Below, one piece after another: positions 18,174 to 30,419 of a stretch of DNA of 64,000 nt (within the stretch, counting starts at the first letter, position 1; every line of letters starts with the position of its first letter). The DNA comes from Neocallimastix sp. 'constans' (Eukaryota). The translations under genes were made by a program, and so were the position numbers. A model generated the notes under the pieces. It had not been told where the DNA came from and searched no databases. It was given only the letters and a program-made list of their open reading frames with translations. The stretch is taken from assembly GCA_050613775.1 (NCBI GenBank), contig JBODTK010000013.1, positions 992,001 to 1,056,000 of the forward strand. Direction: 5' to 3'.

Positions 18174-18414
18174 TTTTTAATATGTAATAACTTTTGAAAT
18201 AATTTTTATAATAAATTTATTTTAAAAATCATTTAATTTTCTTTTATTAATAAATTTAATATATTTTTTTTTAATATATAAACCATTATTTAAAAAATAT
18301 ATTTTAAAAGAATTTAATTATATACAATATACCATATAAAATTATTGTAAAAATTTGAAAATAAAATATAATTTTTTATTTAGTTTTATTCTTGGTCAGT
18401 ATAGAAATATGTGA

Positions 18415-18880
18415 GTTTTGATATTTTAATATTATTTCCATTTATTTCTACACTCGCTGGTATCTTATATGAATATATACATATCTTCTATTTTTTGGAA
18501 AGTGTAATACTCATGAAACTTAATATTGAATTAATGTAAATTAAGATGGAGTTATAATAATGATAATTATTATTAATTATTTACTTTTTTTTTATTATAT
18601 TTTTTATTTTATTTTTTTATTTTATTTTATTTTATTTTATTTTTTCAATTTTAAAATTTAATTTTTTCTTTATTATAATTCAAAAAATTTTTATTTTATT
18701 TTATTTTTTTATTTTATTTTTATTTTTTTTTTCCATTATACATGTATAATTTATTATTAATAATAAAAATATATATATATATATATGGAAGTTTATAAAT
18801 GTATAATTTTTTTTTTTTATAAAGTGTATATTTAATTTATTTTTTGTATTTATGTTTTTGTTATATATATATATATTTTA
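18415..18880 (+). repeat. Dispersed AT-rich direct repeat, copy 1 (copy 2 at ~24960-25400)
   Basis: Collinear shared blocks: TTTGATxTTTTAATATTATTTCCA; TCATxAAACTTAATATTGxATTAATGTAAATTxAGATGGAGTTATAATAA; CCATTATAxATGTAxAATTTA; ATATGGAAGTT; TATAAAGTGTATATTTAATT; TTTTTGTTATATATAT. Boundaries approximate. Confidence 0.85.
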
Positions 18881-19179
18881 TTTATTTTATTTTTTTTTAT
18901 CTTATTCTATTCTATTAATATTTATAGTATTATGTTGTTTTATTAGAGGTTATTTTATATTTATTAATACTATGGTATATTTTTAGTTTAGTTAAGGTTA
19001 GTTTTGTTATTATTATTTTGAAATTTTATTTTTATTTATTTTATTTATTTTATTTTATTTTATTTAATTTTTTTTTTATAAATTTTTATTATTTTTTTTT
19101 TTTTTTAAAATAAAAATTTTTGAATAATTATGGTATTTATGTATATTTAAAAAAAATGAAATGAATTTATAGTTAATAA

Positions 19180-19815
19180 TGTTTAATCCTCTTTCTTCCT
19201 ATGACTCTATTTCTAATTTTGAAGATTATATCAATCATTATATATACTTGTTCTTTCTTGGTGGACTTTTAGTTTTAAATGAGCTACATTTCGATGGTGG
19301 GGAACAGAGACAATTAAATGAACTACAAAGGTTCATCTGAGTCACCTGTTCCAAAAATTGTGGGCTTGGCGGAATTCTTAACAAGTGCAATACCTATCAT
19401 AAGTAGTTCGTTTAAGCTATTATTTGATAGGTATTGCAAAATACCAAACTTATCCAAGAGCGTCGATGTCGTAATGATAAGGCATAATAATAATACAGGA
19501 TCAGCATCTATTTCTACGAAGGATGAATCTCGCCCTAGTAGTTCAATAAATGATGAATCCGGGGAGAGTTTAGTGGACACCACACTATCTATTTTAAAGA
19601 TATTACTTCTAGGTTTTATTTCTTTTTTTTATTTGTTAGGAAGGGGAAAATTCCCGCATAGTACAACTTGCCGAAATACATAGTATTTTCGAGCTTTTTT
19701 TATTTTTTTTTTTATTTTTTAAATTTTTTATTTTTAATTTCAAATGTACTTTTCACCAACATGTATTTTTTTAAAATAAAATTAATAAAGTTTTGGAAGT
19801 ATATTCTCTTCCCTG

Positions 19816-19847
<32 letters not shown>
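19180..19847 (+). mobile_element. 5'-truncated, degenerate non-LTR retrotransposon (LINE) 3' end, copy A
   Basis: Homologous to the C-terminal part of the LINE at 25664-26896 (LGG...GEQRQL; VPKIVGLAEFLT vs VPYFVGMAEFLT with mostly synonymous third-position changes; VMIRH vs SMIRH). Ends AATAAAGTTTT...GTCT + A-tail (19819-19847). Probable TSD TTTATA(G/T)TTAATAA at 19166-19179 and 19849-19862. Confidence 0.75.
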
Positions 19848-19851
<4 letters not shown>

Positions 19852-20456
19852 ATATTTAATAAACCATAAAGTTATTTTTTTTTTTTTAAAATTAAAATAT
19901 TTTTTTTTTAGTTTAATATATATATTATATATAAATATGAAAGTTAATAATATATATATTTATGTATTATTATTACTATTATTTTTCAAATAGTATATAT
20001 TTAATTCATTTTCTGTATTTATATTTTTTTTATAAAAATTTCTATTTTATTTTAGTTTATTTAAGTACTATTCTTAAATATTAAAACTATGCTGTTTCTT
20101 AAGTGCCTATTTTATTTTTATTAATGACTTACAATTTTATATTATATTAAAAAAATATATATATTATTTTATTTTTAATATTTAAATATTTTTTAATTTT
20201 TTTGTTAAAAGTTTAAAAAAAAATAATCTTGAAGTTTAAAAAAATGTAGATCAATTATAATTTATTTATTTATTTATTTATTTATTTTTTTTTTATTTTA
20301 TTAAATCTAAAAATGAAGAAAAATAATTATATAAAAAAAAATCTTGTATATAATAATATAAATGATATTTAATATTTAATAGAAATAATTATTCAATTCT
20401 TTTTTTTTTTTTTTAATTCTTTTTGTGTATATAAAAAAAAATAATAATTAATTAAT

Positions 20457-20590
20457 TTTTTTTTTTTTTTTTTTTAGTCCAGCAGGGACGGGACCACCTA
20501 CTAAGTAGGAAGTTAGATAAGGGCTCTAGTAATAAACCATTGTGTGTCTACGGATGTGCAGCTGGGGAGAAATCCTGCTACGGTCGTTAA
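20457..20590 (-). mobile_element. Short GC-rich retroposed fragment (3' end of a different LINE/SINE) with poly(A) tail
   Basis: A ~110-nt GC island abuts a T-run on + (A-tail on minus) and is flanked by ATAATTAATTAAT on both sides (~20444-20456 and ~20598-20610), consistent with a TSD. Confidence 0.5.
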
Positions 20591-20667
20591 AAAAAAAATA
20601 ATTAATTAATAATTTATAAAAAAAAATAAAAAAAAAAAAATTTATAAAAATAAAAAATAATAAATAA

Positions 20668-20734
<67 letters not shown>

Positions 20735-21044
20735 AATAATAGAGTTTACAAGTAAAATATAAAATATAATTTATTATATTTTTATATTTTTATATATAAA
20801 CAATTAATCCTTTTTATTTTATTGTGTATTTTATTCAATCTATTCTTTATATTTATTATTATTACTATTTATTTTATTTTATTTTATACAATATATTATA
20901 ATATAAAATTAAATACATTTGAATAAATCGTTTATAATATAAATTATGTATTGAATCATCGATCAGCTTATCAAATATAAATATTTAAATCTTTAATCTT
21001 TTTTAAAATTCACTATTAAAAATTAAAATATATAATATATAAAA

Positions 21045-21720
21045 TATAATAAATAATAAATAATAAATAATAAATAATAAATAATAAATAATAAATAATA
21101 AATAATAAATAATAAATAATAAATAATAAATAATAAATAATAAATAATAAATAATAAATAATAAATAATAAATAATAAATAATAAATAATAAATAATAAA
21201 TAATAAATAATAAATAATAAATAATAAATAATAAATAATAAATAATAAATAATAAATAATAAATAATAAATAATAAATAATAAATAATAAATAATAAATA
21301 ATAAATAATAAATAATAAATAATAAATAATAAATAATAAATAATAAATAATAAATAATAAATAATAAATAATAAATAATAAATAATAAATAATAAATAAT
21401 AAATAATAAATAATAAATAATAAATAATAAATAATAAATAATAAATAATAAATAATAAATAATAAATAATAAATAATAAATAATAAATAATAAATAATAA
21501 ATAATAAATAATAAATAATAAATAATAAATAATAAATAATAAATAATAAATAATAAATAATAAATAATAAATAATAAATAATAAATAATAAATAATAAAT
21601 AATAAATAATAAATAATAAATAATAAATAATAAATAATATATAATAAATAATATATAATAAATAATAAATAATAAATAATAAATAATATATAATAAATAA
21701 TATATAATAAATAATAAATA
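21045..21720. repeat. (AAATAAT)n heptamer satellite, ~670 bp
   Basis: Near-perfect 7-bp period; it generates the spurious IIYYLLF ORF 21023-21817. Confidence 0.95.
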
Positions 21721-22939
21721 ATATAATTAATATTATATAATAGTTGATGAGATTATATATAGACTGAAGACTTTTGTCTCCCCCATATGTTAATGTGGGT
21801 GTATGATTAACTGCCATTAATATATACTGCAGATTATATATAATAAATTAATACTTATTATTTTTTTATCTTTTTATTAAATAATTAATATTCTTATATA
21901 TTTAAAAATTTATAAATATAAAATGTTTATATAATTTAATCAATTCTTTTAAAATTCGTTAATACTGTATATAACATAAAATAAATAAATAAAAAAAACC
22001 TTTTAAATATAAAGTTTCGACTTTTTCTTCTTCTTCAATATTTAAATAATAAAAAAAAGAAAGCTAAAACAAAAAAAAAATTAATAATAATAATAATATA
22101 GAAGATATTATAAATAATAAATAAATTCTTAATAGTTAGAATATAATTTTTATTTTATCAAAAATTATAATAAATGTATGTAATCTAAATTACAAATACT
22201 TTGTTAAATAACATCATTAAATAAATATCAATATCAATGTTATTTGACATTCAATTATATTATATTATATTATATTATATAATATTATATAAAATATTAT
22301 ATAATATTATATAATTTTTATTTTTTTTTTTTTTAACCAATATAGATAATGGATTTACATACAATCATTATCATTGGTTTATTTTTAATTTTTATTTTTT
22401 TTATTATTTTTTTATTTTTTTGCTTATTAACTAATTTTAATTTATATAGACAATATATTATCATTATACATCTTTCTTATTTATTAATATTCTATTTAAT
22501 ATATAAAATTATTATTTCTTATTTAAAATTAAAATTAATGATAGAAAGCATTGAATTGATTAAAATGTTAAAAAAAAAAAATTTTTTTATCTTAAATTAA
22601 CATTTTAATTATTTTTCTTAATAATAATTAATAATAATTAATAAATGTTTTTTTTTTTTTTCTTTTTCTTTTTCTTTTTTTTTTTTTTTTTTAGAATATA
22701 AATACTCCTGTTTTAATACTAAAATCTTCTAAAAACAAAAAGAATAAATTATAAGTTAAATTTGAAAAATATATATATTTTTTACTTTTACTTTTATTAT
22801 TTTTAAATAAAAAAAAATAATAAAATAATAAATAATAAAATAATAATAAAAATAAAAATAAAAAAATAAATTAATAAATAATAAAATAATAATAAAAATA
22901 AAAATAAAAAAATAAATTAATAAATAATAAAATAATAAT

Positions 22940-23350
22940 AAAAAATAAAAAAGAAATTTAAATAATTAAATAATTAAATTTATTATATTAATTATTTGAA
23001 ATTAATATAATTTACTTTTTATTTTTTTTATATTTTTTTCTATTTCTCCCTTCTTATTTGTTAAATTATTTAGAAAATAGTCATAACAACAGAAGAGAAA
23101 TTAAAAGAAATAAAAAGAAAATAGAATAAGATTAATAATAATAATAAATAAAAAAGAAATTTAAATAATTAAATAATTAAATTTATTATATTAATTATTT
23201 GAAATTAATATAATTTACTTTTTATTTTTTTTATATTTTTTTCTATTTCTCCCTTCTTATTTGTTAAATTATTTAGAAAATAATCATAACAACAGAAGAG
23301 AAATTAAAAGAAATAAAAAGAAAATAGAATAAGATTAATAATAATAATAA
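22940..23350. repeat. ~203-bp tandem duplication immediately upstream of the orphan ORF
   Basis: TATTTCTCCCTTCTTATTTG at 23041 and 23244; CATAACAACAGAAGAGAAA is present in both copies. Confidence 0.9.
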
Positions 23351-23432
23351 TATTAATAATATAAAAATTTTACATAATTAAATAAATTATTTCATAAAAA
23401 AAGATAGTTAAATTATTATAGTTAAATAAAAA

Positions 23433-24890
23433 ATGAATGCAAACCGTGATAGTAGAGTTGAACAGATTATAGACTTTATTAGTGCAATGTTTAATAATAG
23501 TTTACTTAATTTTCGAGAACATATAGGTAATAGACCTATTGTTCTTGAAATGGAAAAAATCTACAGAAGAAATACTCCGTTGCAATATACTTCATTTAAT
23601 TTTATTATTGATTATATTATGGAACACCACGGTGGATTTTTTTTTAATTTAGGTATTGAGCAATTAATAAACATTGAACTAATGAATTTCCAACCATTGA
23701 AATTGGTAATAAATAATGGAATTAATGAAAGAACAAATAATGGAAAAATTAATGTACCTTTAACTCTTAATTTAGGATTTCCAGGCGAAACAAATATAAA
23801 GTTAGTTAAAATAAGAAATGTCATAAGTAGTTATGATTTTAATTACGGAGATATCCTTCGTAAATTGGAAAAAAAAGGTAACAAAGGAAAAATTAATTTA
23901 AATAGAGAAAAAGTAACAATTGAAGATTTGGGTAATTATCATGAAGTCAATGATTTAACTTTAAAAATTAATAGTAATAGCAATGATTATTCTTATTTAT
24001 TGTTGTTTACATTAAATGAAAGGATAATTGCTATAGGTGAAATCATGAGATTTATAGGAGAAAAGCAATTCTTTAGAAAAAAGGAAAGTTCTTATATTAT
24101 TTCTCTAATAGAAAATGAAGGGTTATATAGATTTATGTATTATATGAATGCTATGTTGATTAATATAAATGAATTTAGAGAAAGGTTTAGATATGGCATC
24201 GAAGTTAGAATGTGCGAAGAAAGAAATATTGTTTTCGATGAAAATAATTATGAATTTGGTAGAAATACACAAATCGGAGTTGCAAGAAGAAAAATAAGAT
24301 ATTTGAAAGAACTTATTGAAATTTTTGTTAGTAATGATGGACCAATTCAAGAAAACCAAGAGCTTAATGAACCCAATAATGATATTCCTGTACTTCAAGA
24401 TAATATTAATGATCCTGTACTTCAAGATAATATTAATGATCCTGTACTACAAGAAAATAATTTACATCTATTAGATCAGAATATTAATAATAATGCATTT
24501 GAAAACTTAAATGGACTAATGCAACTAATTCAAGAGCATAATAGAATCCCTGATCCTGTACCACAAGATAATAATTTACAAGAACTTAATTTAAATAATT
24601 TACATCTATTAGGTCAGAATATTAATAATAATGCATTTGAAAACTTAAATGGACCAATGCAACTAATTCAAGAGCATAATAGAATCCCTGATCCTTTACC
24701 ACAAGATAATAATTTACAAGAACTTAATTTAAATAATTTACATCAATTAGGTCAGAATATTAATAATAATGCATTTGAAAACTTAAATGGACCAATGCAA
24801 CAAATTCAAGAGGATAATAGAATCCCTGATCCTGAACCACAAGATAATTTAAACTATTTACAAGATAATAATTTTTTTAATTATTATTGA
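23433..24890 (+). CDS. Intronless orphan protein (485 aa): ~300-aa globular-looking N-terminus, then 9-aa x3 and 46-aa x~3 tandem repeats
   Basis: 1458-nt open frame with raised GC and complex amino-acid composition. NDPVLQDNI-type repeats precede a 138-nt unit (TACATC at 24463, 24601, 24739). No family recognised. Confidence 0.75.
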   Translation: MNANRDSRVEQIIDFISAMFNNSLLNFREHIGNRPIVLEMEKIYRRNTPLQYTSFNFIIDYIMEHHGGFFFNLGIEQLINIELMNFQPLKLVINNGINERTNNGKINVPLTLNLGFPGETNIKLVKIRNVISSYDFNYGDILRKLEKKGNKGKINLNREKVTIEDLGNYHEVNDLTLKINSNSNDYSYLLLFTLNERIIAIGEIMRFIGEKQFFRKKESSYIISLIENEGLYRFMYYMNAMLININEFRERFRYGIEVRMCEERNIVFDENNYEFGRNTQIGVARRKIRYLKELIEIFVSNDGPIQENQELNEPNNDIPVLQDNINDPVLQDNINDPVLQENNLHLLDQNINNNAFENLNGLMQLIQEHNRIPDPVPQDNNLQELNLNNLHLLGQNINNNAFENLNGPMQLIQEHNRIPDPLPQDNNLQELNLNNLHQLGQNINNNAFENLNGPMQQIQEDNRIPDPEPQDNLNYLQDNNFFNYY

Positions 24891-24959
24891 ATATAAAAAA
24901 AAAAAAGAAAAAAAAAAAAAATTAATAATATATTTGTATTATTATAAGCTCTGTTGATT

Positions 24960-25161
24960 TCTTTGATTTTTTAATATTATTTCCACACATTTCCACACTT
25001 GATTGATTTCATTGATTTTTTGTATGATTATATACATACCTTTCATTATTTTGAAACTAAAATAGAAGGTTAAATATTCATAAAACTTAATATTGTATTA
25101 ATGTAAATTGAGATGGAGTTATAATAATTACAATTATTAATTTTTTTATTTTTTTACTATA

Positions 25162-25209
<48 letters not shown>

Positions 25210-25249
25210 ATTTTATATTTTTTTTTTCTCACCATTATAAATGTAAAAT

Positions 25250-25285
<36 letters not shown>

Positions 25286-25400
25286 TATATATATAAATAA
25301 ATATGGAAGTTAAAAAAAAATATTCATTTATTATTTATAAAGTGTATATTTAATTCATATTTTGTACTTATATTTTTGTTATATATATAAATATATATAT
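24960..25400 (+). repeat. Dispersed AT-rich direct repeat, copy 2
   Basis: Same collinear blocks as 18415-18880; starts ~70 nt after the orphan stop codon. Confidence 0.85.
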
Positions 25401-25463
25401 TTATTTTTTATAATTTTTTATTTTATTTTATTTTATTTTATATTGGTATAGTAATGAAATAAT

Positions 25464-25500
<37 letters not shown>

Positions 25501-25663
25501 TTTATAAAATTATAAATAATTAAAATAATGATAAAATTAAAATTTAATCCTTAAAAAGTTTCATCAATCAATGCATATATTACAAGTAATTGTGATTTCT
25601 TCATTATTACCTTATAACATAAAAAAAAAAAAAAAAGAAAGATAGATTTTAATGTATATATAT

Positions 25664-25929
25664 CACTCGTGAATTGAGAATACCTCCTCCTCTTTCAGTT
25701 GTCTGTGCTATATCTCAATTACGCTGCTTTAGAAAATGGAAAAACTCATCATGTATTATTAATCATCTCACTAATAATATTTCTACTATGTCATCTTACT
25801 CATTGGACTAAAGAATTAAGGACTTTGGATAAGAAATTAAATGGTAAGAAAACAAGTGAAATAAAAAAAAAAAAAAAAAAAAAGTTTTATGTTTTATTGG
25901 GAAAGAGATGTCTTTAAACCCTCAAAAGC

Positions 25930-25960
<31 letters not shown>

Positions 25961-26896
25961 AATTATTTACAAGGAGAAATGATTTTGGATTTATTTTAGA
26001 AATCAGAAACTTAACCTTAACATTTCAATATCCTAAGTATCCGTTGGGATTCTTTTGGATTTTATCGAAATTAGGTTGTGGTTTTAATTTTTGACATGAG
26101 ATGAGTATTTCCATTAAAAAGAAAAAAAAAATAGTTTCAGAAGATTGCCCTAAATGTTACTCATGCTGTGGTGTTTGTGTACCTAGCTTTTCTCACAGGG
26201 ATCTTTGCCTGTAAAGAATTGGAAAATTTACAGAAATAAATCTTTACCTTTTTTCTAGATGATCTCTTTTTGAAGTTTGCAATGATAATTGAACAAAAAT
26301 CCTTGAATGTTTCTTTAGATTTAGAAAAAGATTACGATAATCATATTTATTACTTTTATATTGAGTGCTCTTCTTGGTGGGCGTTCAATATATAAAAAAA
26401 TTAAAGTTAATGATGGGGAACAAAGACAATTAGTTGATCATATTTTTAAACAAAGTTAAACTTCGTCGACTGTTCCGTACTTTGTAGGGATGGCGGAGTT
26501 TCTAACAAACGTAATAAATACCATGAATTTGTCGATCTTTTAGATTGACGATGAAATGGTATTCCGTTGAATCTACCGTTGCCGAGAGAGCGTCGTCGAC
26601 ATCTCAATGATAAGGCATGGATTTTCACCTCCCGGGGTGAAAGAACAAGATATAGATTCGTTAGAATAACACTAATACTGAAAATTATTACTCGCAATAA
26701 TGGACGTGGTGTTATCATCGAGGAATGGGAAAAGTTAGAGGCTATTGCTTCTAACGCACTTTTATAATTTTATAATATATAATATTTTATTTCATGTATT
26801 TTATTATTATTATTATTTTTTTTTTTTTTAAAATCATGTAATTTTATTATTATTATAAATTAAATAAAGTTTTCTCTAAGTCTAAAAAAAAAAAAA
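25664..26896 (+). mobile_element. 5'-truncated, degenerate non-LTR retrotransposon (LINE ORF2 C-terminal region with CCHC-type zinc knuckle), copy B
   Basis: Frameshifted translation reads TRELRIPPPLSVVCAISQLRCFRKWKNSSCII...WTKELRTL...YPLGFFWIL..GCGF...EDCPKCYSCCG...SFSH/xIFACKEL. Ends AATAAAGTTTT..GTCT + A-tail. Perfect 13-bp TSD AATGTATATATAT at 25651-25663 and 26897-26909. Confidence 0.85.
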
Positions 26897-27863
26897 AATG
26901 TATATATATATATTGAGAGAGGAAATAAATAAATTATTTCAAAAAAAAAAAAAAAAAAGTATTAAGAAATCCAAAATTAACAATATTATTTATTATGATT
27001 AATAATAAAAAAACAATTTTTTTTTTTTTTTGAATATTAAAAGAATATTTTTCATAAAATATATACAAATTCTTCAACAGAAATCTATATTACTGAATTT
27101 CATTCTGAAAGATTAATTGTTAAAAAAAATCTATTTTAACATATTTGTATATATTAACCAAAAAAATTTATTATTTAATATAATATTTAATTAATTTTGT
27201 TAAAAATGTTTAGTAAAACTATTTAGAATATCTAAAATAAATTATAAAAAAAATATATATATATCATTATAAAATAATGAATTCTAGTTTGATCAAAAAA
27301 AATATATATATATTATTATAAGATAATGAATTCTGTTATGATCAAAAAAAAATATATATATAATTATGTATATTTATTTATTTATAAAATCAAAATTAAA
27401 AATCAAAATCGAAATAGAAATTAAAAAAAACTTGCCGCTAAAAGTGCTAAAACGTTAAAACTCTAAAAAAAAAAAAATACAAAGTTTAAATAATAAAGAA
27501 TAAATTAAAAATTGAAAAAAAAAAAGAAATGAGTTTGAGAATTTATTAATTAAAAGAAATTAATTAAAAAAATATTAAAAATTATTTATATATATTTTTT
27601 TAATTTAATTTAATTTATAAAAAAAAACTTTATATTATATTTTTTATATTTTATAATTAATAAAAAAATGGAGAAATGAAAAAGTCTAATTCAGGCCATT
27701 CAATACTTTCTTTTTAGTATTTTAATTACATAAAAATATAAAATTTTTTTTAAGTTTTATTTACTATTATTATTATTAAAATATAAATATTTAATTATAT
27801 ATATATACTTATATATATTTTATACTTTTTTCCCCACATTTTACTTTAAAAGGATGCTTTCAT

Positions 27864-27917
<54 letters not shown>

Positions 27918-28991
27918 GAAGAAGAAAAGATGAACTCATTAAAAAAGTTTATTTATTAATGTTAATTTATTATAATTTTTAATTATTATTAATTTATTAA
28001 TTTTTTACAATTTTTTTAATTTTTTCAATTTCATTTTTTTTAATTTTAATTTTAATTTTGTTTTTTAATTTTAATTTTAATTTTAATTTTGTTTTTTCTC
28101 TCTTTTTCTCTCTCTTTTTTTATTTATTTTTTATTTATTTTAATTAAATTTTCCCACTGGGCTATGTTTCTAAATCAACCGTAATAATAGAAAAAACAAA
28201 AACAAAAACAAAAACAAAACCATTAACCATTAACCATTAACCATTGATTTGAAAAATACTAAAAAAAAATGGATAAAAAATAAATTAATAATACTAATAA
28301 TAAAAATAATAAATAAATAAATAATAAATAAATAATTAATAATAATTATCTTAAGATAAAAAAATACTAAAAAGACAAAAATAAAAGTAACGAATGAATA
28401 AATTTCATTTTTAAATATATTTTTTTTAGTTAAAAATTATTATTATTATTATTATTTTCTCATTTTTGACAAAATAAAGTCAAAAATAAAAAAAAGAAAA
28501 AAGAAAAATTAAATTTATTTTTTATTTATTTTTTTTTTATTGTTTTTAGTTTAAATATCCGTTATTATTAATATTTTCATTTGCCATTTTTCATTTTTCA
28601 TTGATATATTTTTTTAATAATAAAATATTTAGATAAAATAAAACGGTTACTTTTAAATTTAAAAAAAAAAATATAATTAATTAATTAATTATAAAAAAAA
28701 AAAGAGAAAAATAATAATTAAATAAATAAAATTCATTTGTATTAATATAGAAAATAATAATATATAATAAATAAATAATAGTGATAATAATACCAATAAT
28801 AGCACTACTACTACTACTAATAATAGTAATAATAATAGTAATAATAATAGTAATAATAATAGTAATAATTATACCAATAATAATAATACTAATAATTATA
28901 CCAATAGTTATACCAATAATTATACCAATAATTATGACAATAATGTTAATTTTTTTTTGACTAAAATTGAAATTGAAAAAAAAAGGAAATA

Positions 28992-29023
<32 letters not shown>

Positions 29024-29568
29024 TAAAATCAATAATTTATTTTTATTTTTTTTTCTCTTCTTCTGTTCATTTATTTAAATATATATATATATATATATAT
29101 ATAAAACCATAATAAAATTCAAATTCAAATTCAATTGAACAATTTTAATTTTTAAATACCATCTAAAAATTCATATTTTAAATTTTAAATTTTATTTTAT
29201 AATAATTTATTATAATTTAATTTAATTTAATTTATTTTAACTTAAATAGAAAAGTAAAAAAAAGTAAAATAATAAAAAAAAAGGCTTGTTTCAAAAATTA
29301 AATTAAAAAAGTAGACAAAAAAAAATATATATAAAATAAAAAATATAAAGTAAAAAAAAAAAAAAAAAAAATTCAGAAATCATTCATTATATTTATATTA
29401 TATTTTAGACTTTTTTTTTCTTTTATTATTATTTATTATTTATTATTTTTTAGTTTTTTTTATTTTTTTTATCTCATTCTTAAAAAAAAAAATGATTCGT
29501 TCTTCTAAATTAAAATTTTATGTTAATTTTAACATTGTACCATGTGACACATATGATTAAGTGTCTAA

Positions 29569-29603
<35 letters not shown>

Positions 29604-30419
29604 TATATATATAGTTATTATTGATTTATTATCAATTAATTATCCATTTATGTATATATATGTATATTAATTTTTTTTTAGTGACTTTTGATAGGTAAAA
29701 TGATAGTTTTAAATAAAGACTTTTTCTTAGCATTATTTAAATCTATTTTTTGTATCTTTAAAAAAAAAAAATTAATAAATTTAATTCATAATAAAAAAGT
29801 TAAATAATAAAAAATTTAAATAAAATTTTTTTCCATACAAGGTTGATCATTCTCAACCAATAGATTTCTAATTCATATGTATTAAAAACTTTAAAAAATA
29901 TTTAAAAAAAAAAAGTTTTAAAGAAACGAAAGAAAATAATAGACAAAATATAAAGAAAATTCTATGCTAATATAATTAAAATAATGAAAATGAAAATAAA
30001 ATGAAAATAAAAATTAAAAAAATAATGGTGGTATTAAAAATGTAAAAATGAGTGGTATTAAGAATGATACAATAATTATATATATAAAAAAAGTTTAATA
30101 AATAGAGTTATATTTATTTGAATAAAATTAAAAATCTAAATCTATTATAATTTATTTATTTTTATTAATTAATAGTTATTATTTAGAAATATAGTATGCA
30201 TACATTTTTTTTGTTTGGTTTGAATAATTGTATTGATTTTATATATATATATTTTTCTTATAATTAGTATAATTATTTAATAAAAGATTTTATTTATCGT
30301 TTAATTATAAATATATATTATTAATTTAATTAATAGGCAACTTTGATTTATTTAAAATATAATTAAAATAAAATAAAATAAAATTTAAATATGATTAAAA
30401 TAAGATTATATATATAAAA

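Noticed and set aside
19318..19683. ORFs 19318-19683 and 19323-19583 as independent genes; MIRH as a histidine-phosphatase motif
   Set aside because: They lie within LINE copy A (poly(A), TSD, homology to copy B); no other phosphatase motifs.
21023..21817. 264-aa minus-strand ORF (IIYYLLF)n
   Set aside because: Translation of the AAATAAT satellite; no coding complexity.
21764..21830. CTGAAGA as a hammerhead ribozyme core
   Set aside because: No GAAA after a stem II and no closing stems I/III.
24360..24870. Regularly spaced repeats resembling a CRISPR array
   Set aside because: In-frame coding tandem repeats without unique spacers; eukaryotic context, no cas genes.
25699..26767. ORFs 25699-25917, 26446-26718, 26567-26767
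   Set aside because: Out-of-frame or antisense pieces of the degenerate LINE copy B.
28218..28245. (AACCATT)x4 telomere-like repeat
   Set aside because: Too short; an ordinary microsatellite.
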